Source: Azolla caroliniana
Lineage: Eukaryota; Plantae; Polypodiophyta
DNA length: 64,000 nt
Assembly (NCBI GenBank): GCA_043228905.1
Contig: JBHGNT010000003.1
Location: 3,224,001-3,288,000, forward strand
Direction: 5' to 3'
A program made the position numbers and the translations under genes. The notes under the pieces are model-generated. The model saw nothing but the letters and a program-made list of their open reading frames with translations. It was not told the origin of the DNA and searched no databases. This document shows, piece by piece, positions 26,431 to 40,200 of this stretch. Position 1 is the stretch's first letter. Each line of letters starts with the position of its first letter.

Positions 26431-29002
26431 AACTACAAAAAAATAAAGTCACATGGTATAAGATTCAACAATAGGATAATATTCACCTTTGCAATGAGAC
26501 TTTGTGCATCACGTTTTTTGTGGATCCAATTCCGCCTGTGTGCTAATGTGCCTTTAAACTAGCTAAGGAGGTAGGTCCTTTAGAAGCTCGCCATTTCCAT
26601 CAATACATGAATCATTAAGCTATTGATCTTAAGTACATAATTGGACAGGTTAACAAATTGGTATTACTTGTGACTAATTGAGGCTACCCCTTCCCCAATG
26701 ATTGGAGAAAGCAGACCTCAGCACTTGATTTTGCTGGAGCTGCCTTATGATGCTCTGTCGTCTAGGGTTAGTTTAATTTTGAGATTTGGGTAATAATCTA
26801 GGATTGTGTAAATAATCTGCAATAGTAATTGATGTCATTAACCAATGGACTAGAGAGGAACCCCAATGGGCTCCCATGGCATCTTTAGTCAGCTCTTCCC
26901 ATCTTCCCATGACATTGTACTGAACCCCAACCAGATTGTCGAGTTGTGGAAGATCAAACTGAACTTTTCTCTTAGTCATACTTGAGGGAGGTGCCAGTTC
27001 ATGGGGGGTGAGGGGATGAGGTTATATGGACTTAGCTCTTCCATATCTGATATCCCATGTCTTGCATGAAATCCTTGTTGTTAATGTAGTTAGTTAGTAG
27101 AATTTATGTGTGTTTTATTCTCCGATAATCATGATGGCTATGACTGTTTCCCAACTTTGTTTACGAATTTTAATGGACAATCGTAATGGCACTCGTAGCA
27201 ATGATTAGTGAACTAATTAGTGTTAATTAGTGTTTTCTTCATTGAGCAAGATCTACTCCAACGCCCGCACAGTTAAGTTTCAGTTTACTTTTTTGTGTAA
27301 ACTTATATTTCCTCTCAAACAATGACAGTGTATAAATGAATTGAGTCAATTCGTCCCCATTTTCCTTCAAGTTATTCATGTTGATTTGAGACCAAGTTCT
27401 AATTCAATTTATTTCAAAGCAGGTTGTGAAAATGATGTGATCAATATTTGTGTTTTTCAAATGTGTCCTGATCAGTAATGTATTTACTATCATTAATCCA
27501 ACAGAGATCGACACAAAAACATCTAACAACTTTGCCTCAAATAAAGGAAAACTTTGTCTCTAACTAAAATCAAGATCAAGGAGTACGAGTTGAGGAGGAA
27601 CATCCTTCCATATGCACAACACCTTTACAATAAGGAGTGGACTCTGGTAGATGTACTCAGCTCATGATTTTGGCATTCTTATCTCCAGTGCGTGTGTGTG
27701 TGTGTCTCATTGATGACACTTTGCCTTATCTAGTATTTTCACTTACGAAATTATGTTTTTGTGGAGGAAGTTATTGAATACTCGAGCTTTGAAATGCATG
27801 AGTTTTGTTTGCCTAATATGTAATTGATTGATATCACGTGTAAGAGATATATTTGAAGATATTAAAATATGACCACGTCAATATATTAATATCCGAGTGT
27901 TCTAAAGACTACCACCGCAGTTAAGATGTCTATTTCCCTAATTAAATGTGCAAGCAGGTGGGTTGAAAAACAAAATACACATCAAAGGCGTAGTTTGGAG
28001 AAATTTCTCAATGGAAGGCCAATTATTTGAGTAAAAATGGATGAAATGACCCCTTAATTCATACAATGTGAAGTTTAAGAGATATCGTGTTTATTGAAAG
28101 CCTGTAAACAATGTTGGTGAAAATTCTAAAGGTCGTCAAACATAATTATGTCACATTAGAAGAGAAAAAGCAAGTCTAATTAAGACGTAGCTAAATTCGG
28201 TTTTGGATGCTCAATAATCCCCTATGAAAAGCAATAACTTGTGGAAGAAGTTTAAAGTTTAAGTAGGCCAGGCTGCTGTAAAACCTGTGAAGATGCCGCC
28301 ATATCTTGTCATATGAATTCCTTCATAAAAAGCACTCAATTACATCTGGCGATGACAGAAAACTGTGTACCATCGAAGCAATAAGTAGTGTATTTAAAGA
28401 TTCCGTTTTTGGTTGTACACCTCAATATCGATTATATAGCGTATCACAAAATTGAGATGAATAGGCTAACGTTAGCAATGAGCATATCACGCAATGGAAT
28501 TTTGAGATCAATAGACCAGTCCTCCTGTCTTGTCGATTGCACTCTAACCAATCCTTCAAATCTATCATTCATCCATCAGTTATTGAAGTTTGGTGGGGGG
28601 ATATTCTAACAAACTTTCTAGTAATTTTTTGAAACGGGAGGTAGAAAGACAAACTAAATGGATTCGGCGGAAGTGATTCGTTATTGTAACAACTTACAAG
28701 TATGATATTCATGAGACTAATAGAACTAATAATTGCATTAGGGTTGATTTGGACATTCCATAATCAACTTACAACTTACAAGTGTTCATGAAACTTATAG
28801 AACTAATAGTGCATTAGGGTTGATTTGTACATTCTATAATTAATCAATTTATTTGCCATCGTGTTCAACTTGTAGGTAATTTAATGAACGGGGGATCAGG
28901 AAGAAGAAGATGATGAAGACGGAGAGGAAGAAATTGTGCTTCAGTACTGCACTACATCAATCTACTCAAACTTAACTCCCACAACATCTATGTCCATTAT
29001 TC

Positions 29003-30030
29003 TTTACATGAATCATGAAAATGATTCACCATAAGTACATAATCGGCAACAATGTTTCATAGGGCAATGCAGTTAAAGACTACAATTTACAAATACATAG
29101 ATATTGGGAATAAGTTAAGCTATAAAATCAAAGTAATAATTACTTTATACGAGAATCATTAAAAGGATTCACCGTAAGTATATAATCTTCCACAATATTT
29201 CATAGGGCAAACTGGTCCAAGAATATAAATACATAAATAATGGGAAATAAGTGAGCTAATAAATCAAACTAGTATTTAACTTATACATGAATCATAAAAA
29301 CGATTAACCAGAAGTACATAACCTTCCACAATAGTTGATAAGGCAATATGTCCAGCACTATAAATACGTCAGTAGTGGGCAAATAAGAAAACCATAGATC
29401 AACCTATTAACTAATTTATACGTGAATCATGAAAACGATTCACAATAACTACATAATTCTCCACAATATTTCATAAGACAATCTAGTCTAGGACTATAAA
29501 TACATAAATAGTGGGCAATAAAGAAACCCATAGATCAACCGAATAATTAATTTATACAGGAATCATAGAAACAATTCAACAGAAGTATATAATCTTCCAC
29601 AATATTTTAAAGGCAATCTGGTCCAGGACTAGAAATACATAAATAGTCGGGCATTAAATAAACCTATAAATCAAATAAATACTTACATTATACCTGAATC
29701 ATGAAAACGATTCACTATAATTAAATAATTGACTATATATAGTGGGCAATAAAGAAACCCATAGATCAACCTAATAACTAATTTATTCATGAATTATAGA
29801 AAGGATTCAAATCAGTACATAATATTCCACAATATTTCATAATTTATTCATGAATCATGAATCTGGTCCAGGACTTCAAATACGTAAATAGTCGGGCATT
29901 AAATAAACCTATAAATCAAACAAATACTTAATTTATACATTCATCATGAAAACGATTCCCATAATTACATAATCTTCCACAATATTTTATAAGCCAATCT
30001 GTCATAGGACTATAAATACATAAATAATGT
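29003..30030. repeat. ~136-bp tandem repeat array, ~8 units (some partial), 3' of DUF247
   Basis: Motif recurs at ~29004, 29146, 29281, 29416, 29552, 29689, 29783, 29933. Confidence 0.88.
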
Positions 30031-30110
30031 CCAACAACTGTATAAATTAATTATGAAAAGATCAGGTCGATGATAATTTGTGAAGCTTTGCATTAGGTAT
30101 GAAGGTCTGG

Positions 30111-31607
30111 TTATTTTGTGCTGTTAAGGTAAGCTAAGACAGAAATGACTGTCTGCAATATCGAAGCTACGAGTAGTAGAAACCCGCCGATGAATGACGC
30201 TGTATACCATGGTCGAGAAAAGTATTTTTCGTGAAACTCTACACGCCAGCGGTGCCAACGGGAAGAATAGTCGACCATAATAGCATTGACCATAAGTGCC
30301 ATTCGCTCATCGTAGCGCTTATCGATGCACATGTGTTCCCACATGCCGATCAAACTTTGATTCGTCCCCAGGTTGTTCTCTATAATATTGTCTTTTTCTA
30401 AGATCGCCAAATCGTCCTCTGTTTTGATGAGCTCCTCCATTATGATACCATACTTCGCAAATAGACGTCCATGTCTCTTAGTTATTTCCATAGCAATGAG
30501 GTTTCTCAGTAAATCCTCTGTGTTGTCGTAGACTGCAAGCTTTGGAAGACACAACCGACGCGTCTTCCTGTCATATGTAATCACCGAAAGGTTACGTTCA
30601 CATGCCTTAAATGAAATTCCGGCTTTGCGCAGTTCAGATGCACTTCGTAGCCGAGCAAGCCCTGGTCTGTGAGTTACTAGTCTCTCATTTTTTTTGTACT
30701 TCGGTAATGTTCGCAGTAAATTGAAGTATACCCAAGCAAATGCATTTGAGAAAATTTTATGAATTTTTTGTTGACAGTTTCTTTTTCATCCTCTAAAATA
30801 CATTTCAAGGGAAATATCTTCCATAGTGCATGACAAGTAGAGGCCGTGAAGTAGATTTTCGCTACGCTTCGATAGTTCTATACCTGCACTATCGGCAAAA
30901 TTTTTGAAACGTCTTCTTGTGTTTGCTCTAGAGAAGAATGGGTTGTGACGGAGAATAAAATGTTGAACTACTCGCTCGCAATCAAACAGAAAGCAATTTG
31001 TATATACATCGTAAATTTTCAGAATATGTGACATGGAAACTTGGTTATGTAACAGGAACAAATCCCTTACTATGTTAGAGACGTTCCAAGATGTCATATG
31101 GCTGGGTTGTCTGTCTTCTCGTGCAGGTCTCCGTTTGCATATGTCATCCATGAAGGAGACAATGAAGGCACTGTCGGTTATAATCGCGAAGTGCATCATA
31201 CGGTCTACGTCCTTTGTTTGGATGTCGTCGAACGGACACCACTCATCAGGTTTACATATATCTACGATATCTTGCAATTTCTTTAAGTTGCAAGTTTGCA
31301 TAAACAGGCCCAAGAAAACTGCCTTAACGCTATGAGCTAATTCGTCGTTTGTAAATGCGTAGGTTGTTCCTATTGTCACTTCTCTATGTTGATATGCTTG
31401 TGGCTTCACCTCTAAAATTTTATCAAACTCTTTGAGCCGTGCATAATCTATATATTCAATATTCATATATTCATTGTTGAACTTATTTATGGAGTTTTTC
31501 CATTCATCTAGTAGTGGGTCTGTAATTGTGAAGTCGATATCCGTGATATTAGGTCCCCGAGAATCACCATTGTCGTTAACTGATGTCATATTTTCAGAAA
31601 TGTTCAT
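30111..31607 (-). pseudogene. DUF247 (type D), 498-codon frame with one premature TGA at 30786-30788
   Basis: ORFs 30786-31607 and 30111-30584 share one frame. The 67 codons between them are open (...LARLRSASELRKAGISFKAC...). Motifs RDLFLLHNQV, NTEDLLRNLIAME, YFSRPWYTASFIGGFLLLVASILQT. Confidence 0.9.
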
Positions 31608-31638
31608 TGTTTATCTAAACCTCCTCGATTTTGTGATA

Positions 31639-31647
31639 CTTTTATAG
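31639..31647 (-). promoter_or_regulatory. Candidate TATA box (CTATAAAAG) upstream of DUF247 type D
   Basis: ~32 nt upstream of the ATG, which has an AAACAATG context. AT-rich background weakens the call. Confidence 0.4.
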
Positions 31648-32895
31648 GGGTACATGTTCCTTACTGTATCCTCACGGAAGCAGTGCTTTAAACCTTAATT
31701 CCTGTAGTTTGCAATTTAGTTCATTTGAAAGCTCTCGTGTATGTGATAGAGCCAGAATCGTTGGCCTCAACATCAGTAGTATATGTTAAGACAAGAATCA
31801 TGCCTTTTCTCATAGCACATCATTGTGATCGAATAATATGTGTGGAGATCAGAAATACGCTATTCCCCATAGCACTCAAACCTAGTGTGTGTGAGAGAGT
31901 GAGAGAGACTGCCTGTAAGATCAGTAACATGTGAAGGCAATAATCAGCGTGGCGAAGTTGTTAGGTGGTCCCGATATGTGAACTGATTAATGATTGATAA
32001 AACACTGATGAGTAATCTATTATGGGGTTTTTAGAATACATAAACTTGTATTTTCATTTCTTCATCTTTTCTCAACGAATCTAATTGAAAACCAAATTCT
32101 AGTACTGGTGTAACTCGTATGTTTAAATCACGGTACCACATTGGCATTCAATATGGAGTGATAAGTTGTGGGTGGTCAGCATGCTTTTCCATGAAGTGGT
32201 AATAGTGTGTCAAATGTTGAATGGAGTTGCTCTGATCCATATTTGAATCGGATGTGCTAAAAACGATTTTCTAAATTTTTTGGAAATTTGAATGTTTTTT
32301 TAATTCAGGCTAGTGTCCAATCTGGAAGTGCCCCGAGGGCTCCTAGTTCAAATCAAAATATGATATAATAATCATGTTCGAAGTTAATGTCTTGCTAGCA
32401 CCTTGTTAATAAGTAGAGTCTATATCCACTCCTAACTAATGGTAACCTAGCTCTTATTGGAAACAAGAAAGAAGTTTAGTGTAAATTGTGGAGAATGTTC
32501 AAGTCCCCATGTGCTTTCCCTGTAAGTAGTGTGATTATCTTTGTAAGTCGTAAGGCGTTCACATCAAGGTAATCGCATAAAAGACTAACTTTTTCTTTAT
32601 GTCGTAAAGAGTAATGAATTATCGCTTTGCGTGTATCCGTACTCAGAGCACCTAATCTAGGTATATGTTATGATTGATTCCGTGACCTTATCAATGGAGC
32701 GTAAATGTATTCAAACATTTTGCATGTTTCCTCAAAGTCTAAGAAATTTAACCTAGTAAAATTATGTGTGTATGTGGTTGCATTAGTACGTTACGACCAG
32801 TAAGGAGTGTAGGATAGTAGTACATTGCTCGAATATGGAGCATGTCCACTCTCGATAGCAATGGCCCCCCCCCCCCCTGAAACCATTCCTGTCAT

Positions 32896-32964
32896 GGATG
32901 TAACCAGGACTTCCCCGGAGGTCACCCATCCCAGTAGTGGTTTGGCTCAACCACGCTTAATTTG
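32896..32964 (-). mobile_element. 5S rRNA-derived segment (3' half) within a ~240-bp insertion (~32785-33025); Cassandra-TRIM/SINE3-like
   Basis: ggatgtaaccaggacttccccggaggtcacccatcccagtagtggtttggctcaaccacgcttaa aligns with the reverse complement of plant 5S rRNA (GGATGCAACACGAGGACTTCCCAGGAGGTCACCCATCCTAGTACTACTCTCGCCCAAGCACGCTTAA). Absent from the paralogous module at ~48200. Confidence 0.82.
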
Positions 32965-33654
32965 CAATGCTTGAAGCATCCAAACAACCACAAAGCTCAG
33001 GGTATGTGAGTTTTGCATCACCTAAGTTTATCAGGTGAATCCTTGTTGATTGAGTACAACATCACCTATGGATCCATAAAAATACGGTGTAATTTGCTAT
33101 GTGCAATCTGATATTGTACTCACGATAAATAGAGGGGCCAGAAAGTTTTTTTTTAGGGGGCCAAAAAGTTTTTTTTTTTAGGGGGCCGAAAAAGGTTTCT
33201 TTTTGTTTTTGGGAGGGGGGGTTGCAAATAGCCCATTCCTAAAAAAATTGATTATTATTGTATTATGAAGTTATTTCTGACTAGAACATTGGTTAAATAA
33301 GTAATCATCTTGTCTTCTCGCAGTTAAAATGAAGTCAGTTCTGTATGTCACTCATTAGACAGTGCATCACAACCATAATGTCTGGATAGAGTGCCCAACA
33401 ATAGCCAAACAACGCATATCCAAAAATTTATGCAAGAACTCAACACTAAAGGATGGGCACGGGCAAGTGATATGCACCAATCTTATTTGCAGAAATACTT
33501 GCTTTTTAATTTTTATACAAACCCTAAACACGTGCCCAATGATAGCCATACAATGCATATCTAAAAATTTATGCAAGAGCTGAACTTAAAAGGATGCGCC
33601 CTGGCATGTAATATGCAACAATCATATTTGTGGAAATACTTGCTTGGTAATTTG

Positions 33655-34360
33655 CATTTCACAAAGCTGGACACCCCAGCGATGCCATCGGGATGAATGG
33701 TCGGCCACTATTTCTTTGACCATAGATTCGGTTGTTCTGTTGTACCCTTTTTTGATGCACATGTTTTTCCACATGTTGACCAATTTCTTACTACTTCCCA
33801 GGTGGTTATTTATGACGTTGGCTTCTTCCAAGATTGCGAGATCTTCCTCGTTTTGGATGAGTTGATCCATTATCAAAATGTACATCCGAAAATAAGTTTC
33901 ACCTCCGTGTAGTAATTCGAATGCGAGGAGGTTTCGCAGCACATCCTCCGTTTCATCGCCCACAATAATTAGCGGAAGATGTAGTCGACGTTTTCGGTGG
34001 TCATACTTTATCACTGAAATGTTACCTAGCCACGCCGTGAATGAAATGTTGGCTTTGCGGAGTTCAGATGCACTTGGCAGTCGAACAGACCTCCCCTTGT
34101 TAGATGCTGCGAGGTTGGAACATTGTAGGTTGTTCAGTAAAGAAGAACACAATTGAGCAGGTATTCTCCTGCCTTCTTTCGAAATGGATATTCCACAATG
34201 TATATTCCCACATCCTTCTAAAATGAATTTTCTACAGTCCATACAGTCATCCCTAGTCTCGTTTGGAATATGTCGTAAATCCGTAATGCACGACAGGTAG
34301 ACGCACTCAACTAGTGTTAAGCCAATACTCCTCTTGAAGGCGTCTTCCCCAGCAAACATC
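33655..34360 (-). pseudogene. DUF247 (type B, copy 2), central/3' part only; lacks N-terminus and TM
   Basis: 33942-34360 is near-identical to 10787-11205 and continues RNLLAFE...NNHLGSSKKLVNMWKNMC...WHRWGVQ before running into repeat sequence. Confidence 0.88.
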
Positions 34361-35799
34361 CTATCAACGGAGAATAAATCTATTCAGACATTGGTTAATT
34401 AAGCAATCTTCTTGCCTTCTTCCAGTTAAAATGAAGTACGTTTTGCATGTCCCACAAAACAGTGGCGCTTTAGCCCAATTATTCGACATATGGTGAAGCT
34501 TAATGAACAACTCTCTATAACATAAATGTAATAGTAAACCCTTGATGTGTGTCACAAATGAAGATTTAAGAGGATGAAAGTCCGAATTGAAGACTTGGAA
34601 ATAGCTAGAGTAAACAGAGAGATGGTATATGGGTTCACAAAAAGTACCTGACATCTATCAAAAGGTTTTGTGAGGACTTGGTGTGAGGACTGGTGAGCAA
34701 TATGTGGTATCACTGCAATTGTGCTTGAATTCATTGAAAGTTACCCATGAGAAGTGATATTAAGAGGTGTAGTTGTTTGTGAATGAGCCGGAAATTTTCA
34801 GCCCTAGCTGATAGGTTTGTGTCCTTCTCTTTGAACAATGTGTCACGATGGTTAATGACAATGTGATTAATGATAATATTTACCATAATGATCACAATAT
34901 CTTTGCAAAACATAATACGCGGGTCATAGTGATGTGATTACATTCGTACAACAAATATAAAGTTTGGTCGGATTTAGGTCTCAAACTTATATGACTGGTT
35001 TGAGAAAGAAAAACTGAGTGAGTCTATTATTGATCAATTTAATTAAGAGAAACAATTGAGCATGAAAGAAACGGAGAGTTTGTGGTAAATCCTAGTAAAT
35101 TGCTTATTACTCATCATATTATGCGCTCTGATTTAGCACCAATGACCACTTTTCGTTGATCCTCCATGCAAGTGACCTTATTGGCAATGTTAATCAAGAC
35201 CACCAATGCAATCAGGAAACAGTCATGGTCATTGTGACGATTTTAGGCTGCTAGTAATTGAAATCACGAATTATTAATAAGCATTTTGTGTTTCTGTAAG
35301 GTGATTGATAATCCTAATTTGAATGGTAGATATTACATTTTGACCTTCCACACCATAGTTCTAGTTGATCACCTTTTCCATATTTCGATATTGAAAACAT
35401 GTCTCTATCATGTCATCTTTTATGCCTTTCTCTCTAGGCTTCTATGTACCTCATCCCTTCAGAGCTACCCCTTCCCGAAATTCTATAAAGACTTGTGTTG
35501 GCTGAAATTCATAGTACTATTGGGTCGGACATTCCTTTCCGTTCGCTCACGAAACCTTTTTCCGTTGGATTCTTCTCGTAGTCTAGGAGCCACTCCATCC
35601 CAATGTCTTATGCTTATTGGTAATACATCCCAATGTCTTGTCTTTCACTCCATCCCAATGTCTTATGCTCTTTGATAATACATCCCAATGTCTTGTATTT
35701 CACTCCATCCCAATGTCTTGTCTTTTCTTCTCTTGTTTTGTTTATGTATCAGTTTCCTTGGTATTGTTTATTTATCTCATGGATCTCTCATAATCATTC

Positions 35800-36190
35800 A
35801 CCTAGCTTCTTTCGGCATTTTCGCCTCTTAAATATAGCCAAGCATGTGATCATGAACACATGATGTAAGGTAGTACAACACACGACTCATGGCCTCCTCC
35901 CGTTCTGGGTGTCGGCGTGTGTTGGGTTGGGTTGCATTTCGTGACCTCCTTTGATATAGGTTCAGTACCCTTGTCCAACAAGGTATTGATGCATCTTGTA
36001 CTTCCAAGATGCAAAGTTTGTCCTATCGAGCTTTTCCGTAGGAAGAGTGCTTCCTATTTGAGTATTCATGATGATTTCTTCTTTGTTTCTTCGGTCTATG
36101 TAGATTGTTGTGCACCCATCAGTGGGCTCTCCGTGAACATGAGCTTGAAACAGAACATATGTAGGGAAATGGGCTATGATACCATGTAAA
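35800..36190 (-). mobile_element. Ty1/Copia PBS + gag fragment (duplicate of 14205-14590)
   Basis: GSTLPTEKLDRTNFASWKYKMHQYLVGQGY; PBS TGGTATCATAG. Confidence 0.85.
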
Positions 36191-37219
36191 GAAAGGAGAG
36201 TGATTCGCAAATAGCTAGAGTAAACAAAGAGATGCTATAGGCTCGTTATTTGATGTTTATATATGTGGTCTAAATGGTTTGAATTCTCTTTTAATTTACC
36301 CCAATCATTGGCCATTCCAAACTCTACAAGTAGACATTCATTTCAAGTTCCCCAAGATAGACGAGCGTTCGATGAATTTCTTGACATAAATGGCCTTTCA
36401 TCTATCAAGAGGGGAATGTTATAGGTGGTGATATAATGGAGCGATTATGAGGATTTGTGAACGTAGACAAGCGTTCCATGAATTTGTTGACGCAAATAGC
36501 TTTACATCTATCAAGAGGGGAAGGTTTTAGGTGTTGATACAATAGACGGATTGTGAGGATCTATGAGCAATATGTGCTATCATTACAATTGTGCTATAAT
36601 TTATTATAAGTTACACACGAGAGAAGTGATTTTAAGAGTAGGCGTTTTTTAGCCCAACTTGCTAGTGTGACCTTCTCTTTGGACCATGTATTGAGTAGGG
36701 TGATGACAATATGATTTATGCCAATAAATACAATAGTGATCACCACACATTTGGGAAACATAATATAGGTCATAGTAATGTGATGACATATGTACAACAT
36801 ATGTAAAATCTTAATAGAATTAGGTCTCAAGGTGACATGACTAGTTTGAGAAAGAAAAAATGGATGAGGTGACTCCTGATCAATTTATTTGAGAGAAAAA
36901 GAGTGAGTATGAAAATAATAAGGAGTTTGTGGCAAATGCTAGTAAATTGGTTATCACTCCTCATATTACGAGCACTAATTAGCACTAATAACACCAGTTT
37001 TTGTTGATACTACATGCAAGTGACATTACTAGCAATCTCAATTGAAACCCAATGCCAATGACATCGAGAAACACTCATAGTTATTGGAATTATTGCATGT
37101 TAGCCATTAAAATTCCCCTATCATCAAGACATCATGTATTGTTACGCATTTATGTTTCTCTATGGTTTTCGATAATCCTAATTTATTACATTTTCGACCT
37201 TCCACACCATAGTTCTAGT

Positions 37220-40200
37220 TGTTTGCCTCCTCTGCAAAGCTTATTTCGTCGATTAAAAGATATCGGTACTAATTAGGCGATGCATTTTTTGTAGCATAAG
37301 TTCTTGAAGAACTCCTCTTTTTAAATATTGTTGTATGTCGGTGGAGCAGAGAGCCACAATTCTTCCAAGGGTATGAATGCAGAGACAGGAACAATAGAGA
37401 GGAAAAAACTCTGAAAAACCCCTAAGACCCTGCAAAATTTCCTGCCTATATGCAGCAGAGAGGTTTAGTATCTTACGCTATTTCTAGAAAAGAAAACTAA
37501 AGTGAAAACATAAGAGCACAAACCATTTTGACCTTTTGGCCTTTTCACACTTTGTACATGTATTAATCTCCCACTAAAGGGCCTAAAATAAGAGTATGAA
37601 AAAGAGGAGGTTGAACTACACAAGGCCTATACCTCCCACTTGATGGGCGTGTTACATAAGGCGCTAGGTGATCCCCATCAAGTGACAACAATGCCCCAAT
37701 GAATCTTGTGGTAGGGCCTTGGTCAATGCATCTGCAACATTTTCTTGAGAAACAACCTTCTCAAGGCGAATACAACCATTAGCTAAACATTCGTGAATGA
37801 AATGGTATTGCACTCCCATGTGCTTAGTCTTTGCATGATATCCTAGGTTCTTAGCCAAATCAACGGCAATCTAACTATCACAAAACAATTTTGGTACATG
37901 TTGAGGTATACCCATGTCACTAGCTAAACGAGACAGCCAAATTGCTTCCTTACATGCCTCATTGGCTGCAATATACTCTGCCTCTGTAGTTAACAATGGG
38001 ACACATTCTTGAAGATGAGATCTCCAAGAAATGGCACCTCCCATAATTTAAAAAAAATACCCTGAAGTAGATTTCCTACTATCAACACATCCAACATAAT
38101 TTGAATCTGTGTATCCGATGATAGAGACATCACCTTTACCCAAACATAGACACTTATCTTTAGTGCCACTCAGATATCTCAATATCGACTTGAGTGCATC
38201 CCAATGTTTCTTACTAGGATTTGACATCAATTGACTTACCACTCCCACTACAAATGCAATGTCTAGTCTAGTAGCCACCATGGCTTACATAAGACTAAGA
38301 ATAGCAAATTGATAAGGAACCATGGTCATGAATTCCTTGTCCTCATAAGATGTGGGGAAATCACATGTGCTCAGCTTTACATATGTAGGCAATGGAGTGC
38401 TCAACGGCTTTGCAAGCTCAATGGAGTCCTGATTCGTAGCCAATGCAAGCAACATACATAATGTAGTCACCTTAACTATGGGAGAGAAAATTTGATCAAA
38501 GTCAACTCCTTGTTCTTGCTTGTAAGCTTTTGCTACCAAGCGTGCTTTGTACTTTGGAGAAGTCTTATTAGATGTATATTTATACTTGTAGACCCACTTG
38601 CATGGTAATACTTTCCTATCCTTTGGCAAAGTTACGAAATCCCAAGTACCATTCTTATGAATACTATCCAATTCACTTTGCATGGCATGCTCCCGCTTAG
38701 CATGTCCACTAGCCAACATAGCTTCCTTATAACAAGAGGGTTCACCTGCATCCGTTAACATCACATAGTTCGTGAGCCTATCAGGTGGCCTAGAGACATC
38801 GGTAGATCGTCTCATTGGTTGCTAAACCGGAGTCAGAATGTTCTGAGGTTGTACACATGTGTCATCATCTTGAACCTCCTCATATGGGTGAACATTTGTA
38901 GAACTGTCTGGCATGGGTGTGGGATTATTCTTTTGCACACTAATAGAGGGTGTAACATCTTGAAACACCACTTTCCTCACTTCCACTTCCTTAATTGCCT
39001 GCTTATACATAATCTTTTCATTGGAAACGACATCACTACTTCTGACTACAGTGCGAATTTTAGGGTCCCATAAGCCATATCCAAACTGACCATCTATGCC
39101 ATAGCCAAGAAAAATACATTTTTTGCTTTTGAAATCTAGTTGAATTGCCTTAATTGTTTTGGAACATGAGCATATGCTTCACATCCAAACACTCTAACTT
39201 GATCATAGTGAGGGATTTCTCTAGTCCATAGCTCTTGTGCCTCTTCCAAGCCTTTCGTAGAATTAGGTGATAGATTAATCACATGAGAAATAGTCAAAAC
39301 TGCTTCTGCCCAAAAACTTTGTGGAAGGTTAGTATGATGCAACATAGAAACAACTCTATCCTAGATGGTTGGATTTATCCTTCCTGCTACACCATTTTGT
39401 ATAGGAGTGTAGGGGGCAGTGTACTCTCTATGAAGGCCTCTAGACTCGCAATATTCACCTCCATTATTGGAACATAAAGCCTTAAGCTTTATTCCTTTTT
39501 CAGTCACAGCAAAGGCAAGCCATTTTCTAAAAATGGGGTATACATCACCCTTTCCCTTTATGGGATACACCCACACTTTTCTTGTGGCATCATCAATAAA
39601 TGTAACAAAATACAAAGCTCCACCCAATGATCTAGTAGGCATAGGGCCACATACATATGTATGAACTAGATCCAAGGGTTGAGTAGAAGAATCAGAATGA
39701 ATTGGATTTACACTTCTTGTTTGTTTACCATATTGACAAGGCTCACAAATTGAAAAATTAAAAAATGATAACATAGGTAAGTAGCCAAAACGAGACAGAG
39801 TTTCCATTCCACTACGAGGCATATGGCCTAAATGACCATGCCATATACAAGTCATGGGTTGTTCTGTGATAATCAAAAGATGTTCTTTCTTATGGACAAC
39901 TAAGGGATAAAGTGAAGCAACTTTGTTCCCTTTAGCAATAACCATATTTCCTTCTGTAATACGAAAGGACTGGGAAGCAAATATCACTTTATATCCAATG
40001 TCATCAAGCTGTCCAACAGACATCAAGCTATGAGTTAGCTCAAGCTCATGGCATACATTTTGTACAAGAAACTGAGAACCATCAAAAAACTGTACCAGAA
40101 CATCTCCAATGCCAACCACATCACACTCGCATAAATCTCCAAGTCGGACTGTACCAAGTGGTTTAGCTTTGTATCGTGTGATCCACTCTCTATGTGGGGT

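Noticed and set aside
30786-30788. U-to-C editing or selenocysteine rescue of the TGA
   Set aside because: Reverse editing is known only in organelles, and land plants lack Sec machinery.
32896-32964. Functional 5S rRNA gene
   Set aside because: The 5' half is missing, there are many substitutions, and it is not in a tandem rDNA array.
33132-33200. Three short agggggcc-aaaag-ttttt repeats as a distinct element
   Set aside because: Too short and low-complexity to classify; no termini or TSD found.
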